Below are positions 1 through 13,100 of a stretch of 64,000 nt of DNA, one piece after another. Below the pieces are notes generated by a model, which saw only the letters and a list, made by a program, of their open reading frames with translations, was not told where the DNA came from and searched no databases. The stretch covers positions 11,363,309 to 11,427,308 of the forward strand of contig CM082591.2 of NCBI GenBank assembly GCA_040954595.2, read 5' to 3'. Positions within the stretch are counted from its first letter, which is position 1; every line of letters starts with the position of its first letter. A program made the position numbers and the translations under genes. This stretch comes from Balanoglossus misakiensis. Its lineage: Eukaryota > Animalia > Hemichordata.

Positions 1-3000
1 ACAACAGAATTCAATTTATAAACGTGGCTGTGTTTGGAAGCAACCATGGAAAGTTAGAACTATCTGTCCATCTACAGTGGAAAACTTCCTTATGCGCATA
101 GGCCTATCATATGTCCTGCGCATCACAACAGAATTCTATTAATAAACGTGGCTGTGTTTGGAAGCAACCATGGAAATTTTAGAACTATCTGTCGATCTAC
201 CGAGTCTATCAGAAAACTTTCTTATGCGCATAGGTCTATCGTGTGTTCTGCGAATCACAACCGATTTCCTCAAATAAACGAGGCTGTGTTTGGAAGCATC
301 CATGGAAATTTTAGAACTATCCGGCGATCTACAGAGTCTATCAGAAAACTTTCTCGTGCGCATAGGTCTATCGTGTGTTCTGCGCATCAAAACAGATTTC
401 CTTAAATAAACGAGACTGTGTTTGGAAGCAACCATGGAAACATTAGAACTATCCGTCGATCTACAGAGTCTAGTGGAAAACTTTCTTATGCGCATAGGCC
501 TATCATGTGTTCTGCGAATCACAACAGATTTCCTCAAATAAACGAGGGTGTGTTTGGAAGCAACCATGGAAATTTTAGAACTATCCGTCCATCTACAGAG
601 TCTAGTGGAAAACTTTCTTATGCGCATAGGCTTATCTATATGTTCTACGCATCACAACAGAATTTGGTAAATAAACGAGGCTGTGTTTGGAAACAACCAT
701 GGAAATTTTAGAACTATCCGTCTATCTACAGAGTCGAGTGGAAAACTTCCTTATGCGCATAGGCCTATCATGTGTCCTGCGCATCACAACAGAATTCAAT
801 TTATAAACGTGGCTGTGTTTGGAAGCAACCATGGAAAGTTAGAACTATCTGTCCATCTACAGTGGAAAACTTCCTTATGCGCATAGGCCTATCATATGTC
901 CTGCGCATCACAACAGAATTCTATTAATAAACGTGGCTGTGTTTGGAAGCAACCATGGAAATTTTAGAACTATCTGTCGATCTACCGAGTCTATCAGAAA
1001 ACTTTCTCATGCGCATAGGTCTATCGTGTGTTCTGCGAATCACAACAGATTTCCTCAAATAAACGAGGCTGTGTTTGGAAGCAACCATGGAAATTTTAGA
1101 ACTATCCGTCCATCTACAGATTCTAGTGGAAAACTTTCTTATGCGCATAGGCTTATCTATGTGTTCTACGCATCACAACAGAATTCGGTAAATAAACGAG
1201 GCTTTGTTTGGAAGCAACCATGGAAATTTTAGAACTATCCGTCGATCTACAGAGTCTAGTGGAAAACTTCCTTATGCGCATAGGCCCATCATGTGTCCTG
1301 CGCATCACAACAGAATTCAATTAATAAACGTGGCTGTGTTTGGAAGCAACCATGAAAATTTAGAACTATCCGTCCATCTACAGTGGAAAACTTCCTTATG
1401 CGCATAGGCCTATCATATGCCCTGCGCATCACAACACAATTCGGTAAATAAACGAGGGTGTGTTTGGAAGCAACCATGGAAATTTTAGAACTATCGGTCG
1501 ATCTACACAGTCTAGTGGAAAACTTTCTTATGCGCATAGACCTATCATGTGTTCTGCGCATCACAACAGAATTTTGTAAGTAAATTAACGAGGCTGTGTT
1601 TGGAAGCAACCATGGAAATTTTAGAACTATCCGTCCATCTACAGAGTCTAGTGGAAAACTTCCTTATGCGCTTAGGCCTATCATGTGTCCTGCGCATCAT
1701 AACAGAATTCAATTAATAAACGTGGCTGTGTTTGTAAGCAACCATGGAAATTTTAGAACTATCTGTCGATCTACCGAGTCTATCAGAAAACTTTCTCATG
1801 CGCATAGGTCTATCGTGTGTTCTGCGAATCACAACCGATTTCCTCAAATAAACGAGGCTGTGTTTGGAAGCATCCATGGAAATTTTAGAACTATCCGTCG
1901 ATCTACAGAGTCTATCAGAAAACTTTCTCGTGCGCATAGGTCTATCGTGTGTTCTGCGCATCAAAACAGATTTCCTTAAATAAACGAGGCTGTGTTTGGA
2001 AGCAACCATGGAAACATTAGAACTATCCGTCGATCTACAGAGTCTAGTGGAAAACTTTCTTATGCGCATAGGCCTATCATGTGTTCTGCGAATCACAACA
2101 GATTTCCTCAAATAAACGAGGGTGTGTTTGGAAGCAACCATGGAAATTTTAGAACTATCCGTCCATCTACAGAGTCTAGTGGAAAACTTTCTTATGCGCA
2201 TAGGCTTATCTATATGTTCTACGCATCACAACAGAATTTGGTAAATAAACGAGGCTGTGTTTGGAAGCAACCATGGAAATTTTAGAACTATCCGTCTATC
2301 TACAGAGTCGAGTGGAAAACTTCCTTATGCGCATAGGCCTATCATGTGTCCTGCGCATCACAACAGAATTCAATTTATAAACGTGGCTGTGTTTGGAAGC
2401 AACCATGGAAAGTTAGAACTATCTGTCCATCTACAGTGGAAAACTTCCTTATGCGCATAGGCCTATCATATGTCCTGCGCATCACAACAGAATTCTATTA
2501 ATAAACGTGGCTGTGTTTGGAAGCAACCATGGAAATTTTAGAACTATCTGTCGATCTACCGAGTCTATCAGAAAACTTTCTCATGCGCATAGGTCTATCG
2601 TGTGTTCTGCGAATCACAACCGATTTCCTCAAATAAACGAGGCTGTGTTTGGAAGCATCCATGGAAATTTTAGAACTATCCGTCGATCTACAGAGTCTAT
2701 CAGAAAACTTTCTCGTGCGCATAGGTCTATCGTGTGTTCTGCGCATCAAAACAGATTTCCTTAAATAAACGAGACTGTGTTTGGAAGCAACCATGGAAAC
2801 ATTAGAACTATCCGTCGATCTACAGAGTCTAGTGGAAAACTTTCTTATGCGCATAGGCCTATCATGTGTTCTGCGAATCACAACAGATTTCCTCAAATAA
2901 ACGAGGGTGTGTTTGGAAGCAACCATGGAAATTTTAGAACTATCCGTCCATCTACAGAGTCTAGTGGAAAACTTTCTTATGCGCATAGGCTTATCTATAT

Positions 3001-3332
3001 GTTCTACGCATCACAACAGAATTTGGTAAATAAACGAGGCTGTGTTTGGAAGCAACCATGAAAATTTTAGAACTATCCGTCTATCTACAGAGTCGAGTGG
3101 AAAACTTCCTTATGCGCATAGGCCTATCATGTGTCCTGCGCATCACAACAGAATTCAATTTATAAACGTGGCTGTGTTTGGAAGCAACCATGGAAAGTTA
3201 GAACTATCTGTCCATCTACAGTGGAAAACTTCCTTATGCGCATAGGCCTATCATATGTCCTGCGCATCACAACAGAATTCTATTAATAAACGTGGCTGTG
3301 TTTGGAAGCAACCATGGAAATTTTAGAACTAT
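1..3332. repeat. 132-bp satellite array, segment 1
   Basis: GTGTTTGGAAGCAACCATGGAAA recurs every ~132 bp; length variants of 124, 133 and 136 bp; continues beyond the left edge. Confidence 0.99.
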
Positions 3333-4219
3333 TAGGTGAATTAGTTCAAAGTCATGGTTGTCTTTATAGTTTTTATGCAGATGACTCTTCACTTTATATG
3401 TCTTTTAGTAAAGACAACGCAGCAAGAACTGTTTCAAATCTTGAACTTTGTATTTCTGATGTTAGGTTTTGGATGTCTGAAAACTTCTTGTGCTTAAACG
3501 ATGATAAGACTGAATTTGTTATTTTCTCTGGTATTTTGGGTGATCTGTCTGCTAGAGGGATTTCAGAAATTCGTGTTGGCGATTCTCTGATTCCCGTCCA
3601 TTGTCAGGCTAAGAGCCTTGGAGTGATCCTTGACTCTTGTCTGACAATGAAGCCACATATTGGACAGATCTGCCGCTCTGCCACTTTTCATTTACGTCGC
3701 ATTGCGCTTATCCGCAAATATTTATCTCATTCAGCTACAGAGCAATTAGTTCATGCATTCATTACGTCTCGAATTGATTCATGTAATTCACTTTTATTTG
3801 GGCTCCCGAAGTATTCAATCAACCGTATCCAACGCGTTCAGAATATTGCTGCTAGAATTGTAACTCGTTCTAAAATCACCTGTCACATCACTCCAATTTT
3901 GTATCAGTTGCACTGGCTACCTGTTACAGAGCGTATTGTTTTTAAGATGTTAGTTCTCATTTTTAAATCCATTCATAAACTTGGTCCAATCTATCTTTCT
4001 AGCATGACTAATCTATATGTTCCATGTCGCAATTTAAGGTCAGCTGATCAGTTCAAACTCTGCCCTGTTCGATCACGCACCAAGAGTTATGGTGATCGCG
4101 CTTTTACTGTTGCTGCTCCAATTCTTTGGAATAATCTTCCACTCACCATTCGCCAGGCACCAGACTTATCTGTTTTTAAATCAAATGTTAAAACTTTACT
4201 TTTTAAATCTGTTTTTTAG
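3333..4219 (+). pseudogene. C-terminal fragment of LINE ORF2 (reverse transcriptase), uninterrupted frame
   Basis: FYADD catalytic motif, LCLNDDKTE, KSLGVILD, then LHWLPV..RI.FK and GDRAF..AAP.LWN.LP typical of L2/CR1 ORF2; endonuclease and N-terminal RT motifs are missing. Confidence 0.92.
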
Positions 4220-4247
4220 CCATTTGTTGTATTGTACTTTTGCTTTA

Positions 4248-4316
4248 AGCGTCATTGATCACATTTTTTTGTGGATACTGACGCTATACAAATAAATTAT
4301 TATTATTATTATTATT
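4248..4316 (+). other. LINE 3' terminal stem-loop and microsatellite tail
   Basis: AGCGTCA (4248-4254) pairs with TGACGCT (4279-4285), followed by ATACAAATAA and (ATT)7; L2-clade elements use such a 3' stem-loop plus short repeat for RT recognition. Confidence 0.75.
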
Positions 4317-7300
4317 AACTATCTGTCGATCTACCGAGTCTATCAGAAAACTTTCTCATGCGCATAGGTCTATCGTGTGTTCTGCGAATCACAACAGATT
4401 TCCTCAAATAAACGAGGCTGTGTTTGGAAGCAACCATGGAAATTTTAGAACTATCCGTCCATCTACAGATTCTAGTGGAAAACTTTCTTATGCGCATAGG
4501 CTTATCTATGTGTTCTACGCATCACAACAGAATTCGGTAAATAAACGAGGCTTTGTTTGGAAGCAACCATGGAAATTTTAGAACTATCCGTCGATCTACA
4601 GAGTCTAGTGGAAAACTTCCTTATGCGCATAGGCCCATCATGTGTCCTGCGCATCACAACAGAATTCAATTAATAAACGTGGCTGTGTTTGGAAGCAACC
4701 ATGAAAATTTAGAACTATCCGTCCATCTACAGTGGAAAACTTCCTTATGCGCATAGGCCTATCATATGCCCTGCGCATCACAACACAATTCGGTAAATAA
4801 ACGAGGGTGTGTTTGGAAGCAACCATGGAAATTTTAGAACTATCGGTCGATCTACACAGTCTAGTGGAAAACTTTCTTATGCGCATAGACCTATCATGTG
4901 TTCTGCGCATCACAACAGAATTTTGTAAATAAATTAACGAGGCTGTGTTTGGAAGCAACCATGGAAATTTTAGAACTATCCGTCCATCTACAGAGTCTAG
5001 TGGAAAACTTCCTTATGCGCTTAGGCCTATCATGTGTCTTGCGCATCACAACAGAATTCAATTAATAAACGTGGCTGTGTTTGTAAGCAACCATGGAAAT
5101 TTTAGAACTATCTGTCGATCTACCGAGTCTATCAGAAAACTTTCTCATGCGCATAGGTCTATCGTGTGTTCTGCGAATCACAACCGATTTCCTCAAATAA
5201 ACGAGGCTGTGTTTGGAAGCATCCATGGAAATTTTAGAACTATCCGTCGATCTACAGAGTCTATCAGAAAACTTTCTCGTGCGCATAGGTCTATCGTGTG
5301 TTCTGCGCATCAAAACAGATTTCCTTAAATAAACGAGGCTGTGTTTGGAAGCAACCATGGAAACATTAGAACTATCCGTCGATCTACAGAGTCTAGTGGA
5401 AAACTTTCTTATGCGCATAGGCCTATCATGTGTTCTGCGAATCACAACAGATTTCCTCAAATAAACGAGGGTGTGTTTGGAAGCAACCATGGAAATTTTA
5501 GAACTATCCGTCCATCTACAGAGTCTAGTGGAAAACTTTCTTATGCGCATAGGCTTATCTATATGTTCTACGCATCACAACAGAATTTGGTAAATAAACG
5601 AGGCTGTGTTTGGAAGCAACCATGGAAATTTTAGAACTATCCGTCTATCTACAGAGTCGAGTGGAAAACTTCCTTATGCGCATAGGCCTATCATGTGTCC
5701 TGCGCATCACAACAGAATTCAATTTATAAACGTGGCTGTGTTTGGAAGCAACCATGGAAAGTTAGAACTATCTGTCCATCTACAGTGGAAAACTTCCTTA
5801 TGCGCATAGGCCTATCATATGTCCTGCGCATCACAACAGAATTCTATTAATAAACGTGGCTGTGTTTGGAAGCAACCATGGAAATTTTAGAACTATCTGT
5901 CGATCTACCGAGTCTATCAGAAAACTTTCTCATGCGCATAGGTCTATCGTGTGTTCTGCGAATCACAACAGATTTCCTCAAATAAACGAGGCTGTGTTTG
6001 GAAGCAACCATGGAAATTTTAGAACTATCCGTCCATCTACAGATTCTAGTGGAAAACTTTCTTATGCGCATAGGCTTATCTATGTGTTCTACGCATCACA
6101 ACAGAATTCGGTAAATAAACGAGGCTTTGTTTGGAAGCAACCATGGAAATTTTAGAACTATCCGTCGATCTACTGAGTCTAGTGGAAAACTTTCTTAAGC
6201 GCATAGGCCTATCTATGTGTTCTGCGCATCACAACAGAATTCGATAAATAAACGAGGGTGTGTTTGGAAGCATCCATGGAAATTTAGAACTATCCGTCCA
6301 TCTACAGAGTCTAGTGGAAAACCTTCTTATGCGCATAGACCTATCATGTGTTCTGCGCATCGCAACAGAATTTTGTAAACAAACGAGGATGTGTTTGGAA
6401 GCAACCGTGGAAACTTTAGAACTATCCGTCAATCTACAGAGTCTAGTGGAAAACTGTCTTATCCTCATAGGCCTATCATGTGTTCTGCGCATCACAACAG
6501 AATTTTGTAAACAAACAAGGCTGTGTTTGGAAGCAACCATGGAAACTTTAGAACTATCCGTCGATCTACAGAGTCTAGTGGAAAACTTTCTTATGCGCAT
6601 AGGCTTATCTATGTGTACTACGCATCACAACAGAATTCGGTAAATAAACGAGGCTGTGTTTGGAAGCAATCATGGAAATTTTAGAACTATCCATCCATCT
6701 ACAGAGTCTAGTGGAAAACTTCCTTATGCTCTTAGGCCTATCATGTGTCCTGCGCATCACAACAGAATTCAATTAATAAACGTGGCTGTGTTTGGAAGCA
6801 ACCATGGAAATTTTAGAACTATCCGTCGATCTACAGAGTGTAGTCGAAAACTTTCTTATGCGCATAGACCTATCATATGTTCTGCGCATCACAACAGAAT
6901 TTTGTAAACAAACGAGGCTGTGTTTGGAAGCAACCATGGAAACTTTAGAACTATCCGTCGATCTACAGAGTCTAGTGGAAAACTTTCTTATGCGCATAGA
7001 CCTATCATATATTCTGCGCATCACAACAGAATTTTGTAAACAAACGAGGCTGTGTTTGGAAGCAACCATGGAAACTTTAGAACTATCCGTCGATCTACAG
7101 AGTCTATCAGAAAACTTTCTCATGCGCATAGGTCTATCGTGTGTTGTGCGAATCACAACAGATTTCCTCAAATAAACGAGGCTGTGTTTGGAAGCATCCA
7201 AGGGAATTTTAGAACTATCCGTCGATCTACAGACTCTAGTGGAAAACTTCCTTATGCGCATAGGCCCATCATATGTCCTGCGCATCACAACATAATTCGG

Positions 7301-9175
7301 TAAATAAACGAGGCTGTGTTTGGAAGCAACCCTGGAAATTTTAGAACTATCCGTCCATCTACAGAGTCTAGTGGAAAACTTCCTTATGCGCTTAGGCCTA
7401 TCATGTGTCCTGCGCATCACAACAGAATTCAATTAATAAACGTGGCTGTGTTTGGAAGCAACCATGGAAATTTTAGAACTATCCGTCGATCTACAGAGTG
7501 TAGTCGAAAACTTTCTTATGCGCATAGACCTATCATATGTTCTGCGCATCACAACAGAATTTTGTAAACAAACGAGGCTGTGTTTGGAAGCAACCATGGA
7601 AACTTTAGAACTATCCGTCAATCTACAGAGTCTAGTGGAAAACTGTCTTATCCTCATAGGCCTATCATGTGTTCTGCGCATCACAACAGAATTTTGTAAA
7701 CAAACAAGGCTGTGTTTGGAAGCAACCATGGAAACTTTAGAACTATCCGTCGATCTACAGAGTCTAGTGGAAAACTTTCTTATGCGCATAGGCTTATCTA
7801 TGTGTACTACGCATCACAACAGAATTCGGTAAATAAACGAGGCTGTGTTTGGAAGCAATCATGGAAATTTTAGAACTATCCATCCATCTACAGAGTCTAG
7901 TGGAAAACTTCCTTATGCTCTTAGGCCTATCATGTGTCCTGCGCATCACAACAGAATTCAATTAATAAACGTGGCTGTGTTTGGAAGCAACCATGGAAAT
8001 TTTAGAACTATCCGTCGATCTACAGAGTGTAGTCGAAAACTTTCTTATGCGCATAGACCTATCATATGTTCTGCGCATCACAACAGAATTTTGTAAACAA
8101 ACGAGGCTGTGTTTGGAAGCAACCATGGAAACTTTAGAACTATCCGTCGATCTACAGAGTCTAGTGGAAAACTTTCTTATGCGCATAGACCTATCATATG
8201 TTCTGCGCATCACAACAGAATTTTGTAAACAAACGAGGCTGTGTTTGGAAGCAACCATGGAAACTTTAGAACTATCCGTCGATCTACAGAGTCTATCAGA
8301 AAACTTTCTCATGCGCATAGGTCTATCGTGTGTTGTGCGAATCACAACAGATTTCCTCAAATAAACGAGGCTGTGTTTGGAAGCATCCAAGGGAATTTTA
8401 GAACTATCCGTCGATCTACAGACTCTAGTGGAAAACTTCCTTATGCGCATAGGCCCATCATATGTCCTGCGCATCACAACATAATTCGGTAAATAAACGA
8501 GGCTGTGTTTGGAAGCAACCCTGGAAATTTTAGAACTATCCGTCCATCTACAGAGTCTAGTGGAAAACTTCCTTATGCGCTTAGGCCTATCATGTGTCCT
8601 GCGCATCACAACAGAATTCAATTAATAAACGTGGCTGTGTTTGGAAGCAACCATGGAAATTTTAGAACTATCCGTCGATCTACAGAGTGTAGTCGAAAAC
8701 TTTCTTATGCGCATAGACCTATCATATGTTCTGCGCATCACAACAGAATTTTGTAAACAAACGAGGCTGTGTTTGGAAGCAACCATGGAAACTTTAGAAC
8801 TATCCGTCGATCTACAGAGTCTAGTGGAAAACTTTCTTATGCGCATAGACCTATCATATGTTCTGCGCATCACAACAGAATTTTGTAAACAAACGAGGCT
8901 GTGTTTGGAAGCAACCATGGAAACTTTAGAACTATCCGTCGATCTACAGAGTCTAGTGGAAAACTTTTTTATGCGCATAGGCCTATCATGTATTCTGCGC
9001 ATCACAACAGATTTCCTTAAATAACGAGGCTGTGTTTGGAAGCAACCATGGAAATTTTAGAACTATCCGTCGATCTACTGAGTCTAGTGGAAAACTTTCT
9101 TATGCGCATAGGCCTATCATGTGTTTTGCGCATCACAACAGAATTCAATTAATAAACGTAGCTGTGTTTGGAAGC
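4317..9175. repeat. 132-bp satellite array, segment 2
   Basis: Same monomer and orientation; resumes in register after the LINE TSD. Confidence 0.99.
6400..8900. repeat. 9-monomer higher-order repeat (1189 bp), about two copies; boundaries approximate
   Basis: Matching positions 6656/7845, 6773/7962, 7433/8622; private variants CATCCAAGGG, TGTTGTGCGAA and AACCCTGG occur in both copies. Confidence 0.88.
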
Positions 9176-10001
9176 TGTTACGACACGCTGGCCGTTCCAG
9201 CCGAAACAGGGCGAGCAATAAACACACTAGCCGGATGGCGTACTTTGTAAGGAACCAAACCAGCGCCGCACGCAACAAAGTTGGTCAACAAAAGTCACAA
9301 CAACCAGCAAATCACCTTATTTATAACGAATTTAATAATAACTAAAATAATCGTGAACATTAAATATTATAAACTAAAGAAACACACAAGAAACAAGTGA
9401 ACTACCTTTTTAAACGTGACCAGGTGTGCATAAACTGAAACAGAACAAGTCCAATGTCCGCTAGAACGTTCCGCTGACTTGACGGAGGACACGTAGACAC
9501 AGCAACTCGGCGATAATTCAGTGTAGACACAGCGACAGCTCCAACTCGGCGGCAGTTCAGCGTAGACACAGCGACAGCTCCAACTCGGCGGCAGTTCAGC
9601 GTAGACACAGCGACACGGCGGTCCAGGCAAAAGTCCAGCTCCAACTGGTTCCACAAAAGTCCGCAAAAGTCTGCTCCACAAAAGTCCGCTTCAAAAGTCC
9701 GCTCCACACGAAACAGCACGACTTACAACTTGTTCAGAAGAGCAGCCACAGCTTCCAAGACGGTTCAAACGAGCAGCACGTCCTCCAGGTCAAATTAACA
9801 TCCACTCGCACAACGTGGCAACGAGCGGGCTTTTATACTAGCCAAAAATTAATTCCTCACACCTGGTCACTTAAATATTCAAATAAAGAAAGCAAACGAA
9901 ACGCACACGGAAAACACACCTGGTCACAAAACAATAGCCGACTGAACCTACGTAACACATGTCCCATCAGCACTGACTTGCAGTTTGCAGAATACGTAAC
10001 A
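9176..10001 (-). repeat. 3' LTR (826 bp)
   Basis: Direct repeat of 15551-16401; TG...CA ends; adjacent to the PPT. Confidence 0.98.
9493..9702. repeat. LTR-internal minisatellites (39-bp unit, then AAAAGTCC-type units); also present in the other LTR
   Basis: GTAGACACAGC at 9493, 9523, 9562, 9601; repeated CAAAAGTC(C/T) from about 9628 to 9700. Confidence 0.9.
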
Positions 10002-10012
10002 CCTCCCCCCTC
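10002..10012 (-). other. Polypurine tract
   Basis: Minus strand GAGGGGGGAGG immediately before the TG of the 3' LTR. Confidence 0.93.
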
Positions 10013-10135
10013 AGAAAAGAAAAACGTTACCATGGTGACGTTTTTCAAGGGGTAATCACATATGTTAATTATTTCAAAAACATCATTTCAAGAATCATTC
10101 AAGAATCATTTCAAAAAGCTATCCTGTTATACATT

Positions 10136-13100
10136 CTAAACTCTGGATAGTGCATCTGCAATGACATTTTCTTTTCCAGAAATATGTACGACTTTAATTG
10201 AATAAGGCTGAAGCAACAAACTCCAGCGAAACAACCTGTTACTCTTTGTTTTGAACTTGTCAAGAAATACAAGTGGGTTGTGATCTGTGTAAACAGTAAC
10301 ATCACCTACCCCATTAGTCACATAAATTTCAAAATGCTGAAGAGCAGACACTAGGCTTAAAGCCTCTTTCTCAATGGTAGAATACACTCTTTGGTGACGG
10401 TTTAGTTTTCTCGAAAAATAACTGACAGGTTTCTCGATACCTGATTCATCATCCTGCAATAAGACGGCACCGATACCAACATCACTGGCATCAATAGCCA
10501 ATTTAAACGGCTTGTAGAAATCTGGAGCCGTAAGCACTGGCTCACTTGCTAGAACTGCTTTTATTACATCGAATGCATTTTGACACGAATCGGACCACTC
10601 GTATTTTACACTCTTTTTAAGCAAATTAGTGAGAGGAGCAACAATGGTGCTATAATTTGCACAAAATTTCCGATAAAACCCCGAAACGCCTAGAAAACGG
10701 CGTAATTCTCGCTTATTTGTAGGCACTGGAAACTCTATGATGTCTTGAATTTTCGCTTGTCTTGGAGACACTCTGCCTTCACCTATGACATGCCCAAGAT
10801 AAACCACTTTGGCTTTGGCAAAACCACTCTTTGACAGATTAACCACCAGATTAGCCTCGTGAAGCCGCTGAAACAGATTCCTTAAATGGGTTACATGATC
10901 TTCCCATGTGTCACTGAAAACCAGAATATCATCAATATACACAACACAATATGCTAAACCGGCTGTGACCTTGTTCATCAACCTTTGAAATGTAGCCGGG
11001 GCATTTTTCATGCCAAAGGGCATTACTTTAAACTGGTACAATCCGTTTGGAGTAATGAAAGCAGAAATTTTCCTGGCTCTGTTAGACAAAGGTACTTGCC
11101 AATAACCTTTCAACAAATCAATTTTGGTTACATACTTGGCTGTACCAATTTTGTCAATGCAATCCTCAATTCGAGGAAGTGGATAGGCATCAGTACGCGT
11201 AACAGCATTTACCTTGCGATAATCTATGCAAAATCTCAAAGAATTGTCTGGCTTTGGTACTAACACTACTGGAGAGCTCCAACTACTCTCACTTGGTTCA
11301 ATTAGGTCGTGGTCCAACATATACTGCAATTCCTCCTCAACTTTGGCTGCTTTATAAGGATATAACCTATAGGGGTGTTGTTTGATAGGTGGTTCATTGC
11401 CGACGTCTACGTCATGTTCAGCTATGGACGTGCAACCCGGTTCATCGGAAAACAGAGGTTTATATTCATTTATAAGTTTGACAATGCCAGCCCTTTCATT
11501 CTCAGGCAAGTGACATAAAGTAGACTGTAAATTAGCAAGTGCTTCCGAATTAGACAATTTTCCCGTCATAGAATCAACTTCAGTCACCTCAAACTCAACA
11601 CATTCTGTATCATTGCAATCGACATTGTGAACATCCATATTGTTGACAGCAGCAGCCAAACCAACGGAATGCTTATGGTCACCTTCACGAACAAAATACA
11701 GCTTCAACATATTAATATGACAAACCCTGCGTGTCTTGCGTCTGTCAGGGGTTCGGATAACATAATTCACACTATTCAATTTCTTTTCTACTTCATAGGG
11801 CCCCCTGAATTTAGCGGATAATGGTTCACCTGGTATACGTAACAAAACTAAAACTTTGTCACCAACTTTAAATTTGCGAAATTGACTATCCCTATCATAA
11901 TACCTCTTCATGGTTTGCTGAGACAGTTTCAGATGGTGTCTAGCCAAATCACAGGCCTTAGTCAAACGTTCTCGAAATTTGGAAACGTAATCCAGGAGGT
12001 TGACATCATCCTGTTCATTAAGAAATCTCTCTTTGATGAATTTAAGAGGGCCCCTGACTTCATGACCATATACAAGTTCAAAGGGAGCAAAACCAGTTGA
12101 TTCGTTAGGGGCATCCCTTGTGGCAAATAATACAAATGCAACGCCCTTATCCCAATCCCCAGGGTATTCCAAGCAGTATGCCTTCAACATATTCTTTAGC
12201 GTTTGGTGATACCTTTCCAACGCACCTTGAGATTGAGGATGGTAGGCCGACGAATGCAACTGTGTAACCCCCAATTGACACAACACTTCCTGAAATAAAC
12301 CAGACATAAAGTTGGACCCTTGATCTGTTTGGACCTCCTTGGGCAAACCATATCGTGTGAAGAAATGCATTAGCGCGTCAACTACTACTTTGGTAGAGAT
12401 GTTTTTCAAAGGAATAGCCTCAGGAAATCTGGTCGATGTGTCTAAAATTGTCAAAAGATATTTATTACCCGATTTGGTTCTCGGCAAAGGGCCCACACAA
12501 TCAATTAGAACCATACTGAAGGGTTCGCCGAACGCAGGAATTGGAATTAATGGAGCGGGTTTGATCGCCGGCTGGGGTTTGCCTAACAGCTGACACGTAT
12601 GACAAGTTTTGCAAAATTCAACAACATCCTGATGCAATTTTGGCCAATAAAAATGAGCCATAACCCTGGACTGTGTTTTTCGAATGCCCAAATGCCCAGC
12701 CATAGGAATTTCGTGGGCCAAACGCAGAATTTCAGGACGGTAACATGCAGGTACCACTATTTGATTTTTCACCAACCAATCCTGATCAGCAGGAACAGAC
12801 GGTGGTCTCCACTTTCTCATTAAAATTCCTGACTTCATGTAATAACATTCTGGAACATTGTTGGCTTCGGATTCTGATAATGCCTTATGAATTAAGTCAT
12901 TCAGAATTGGATCAGCCTTTTGTTCTTTTATTAGAGAAGTCTGAGTAAACACGGTCTCAGAATCACCAGGTTTAGATAGACCATCCCCACTGTCTAAATC
13001 TTTGAAAAATGTTTCTGCCAACCAAACACCAGAATTGGGAACGTCGGGAGAATTCGCCTCATCTAAACGCGCAACACGTGACTGTGACCTGGTAACTGCA

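Larger units (their letters stand above)
3333..4316 (+). mobile_element. 5'-truncated non-LTR retrotransposon, L2 clade (CR1/L2 group)
   Basis: TSD AACTAT at 3327-3332 and 4317-4322; RT C-terminal half, short 3' UTR, AATAAA at 4291-4296, (ATT)7 tail at 4296-4316. Confidence 0.93.
139..5846. repeat. Higher-order repeat of two 6-monomer blocks: A (785 bp) and B (789 bp), order A-B-A-A-B(+LINE)-A
   Basis: Equivalent positions at 139, 924, 1713, 2498, 3283, 5062, 5847; 3283+789+990 (LINE plus TSD) = 5062. Confidence 0.9.
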
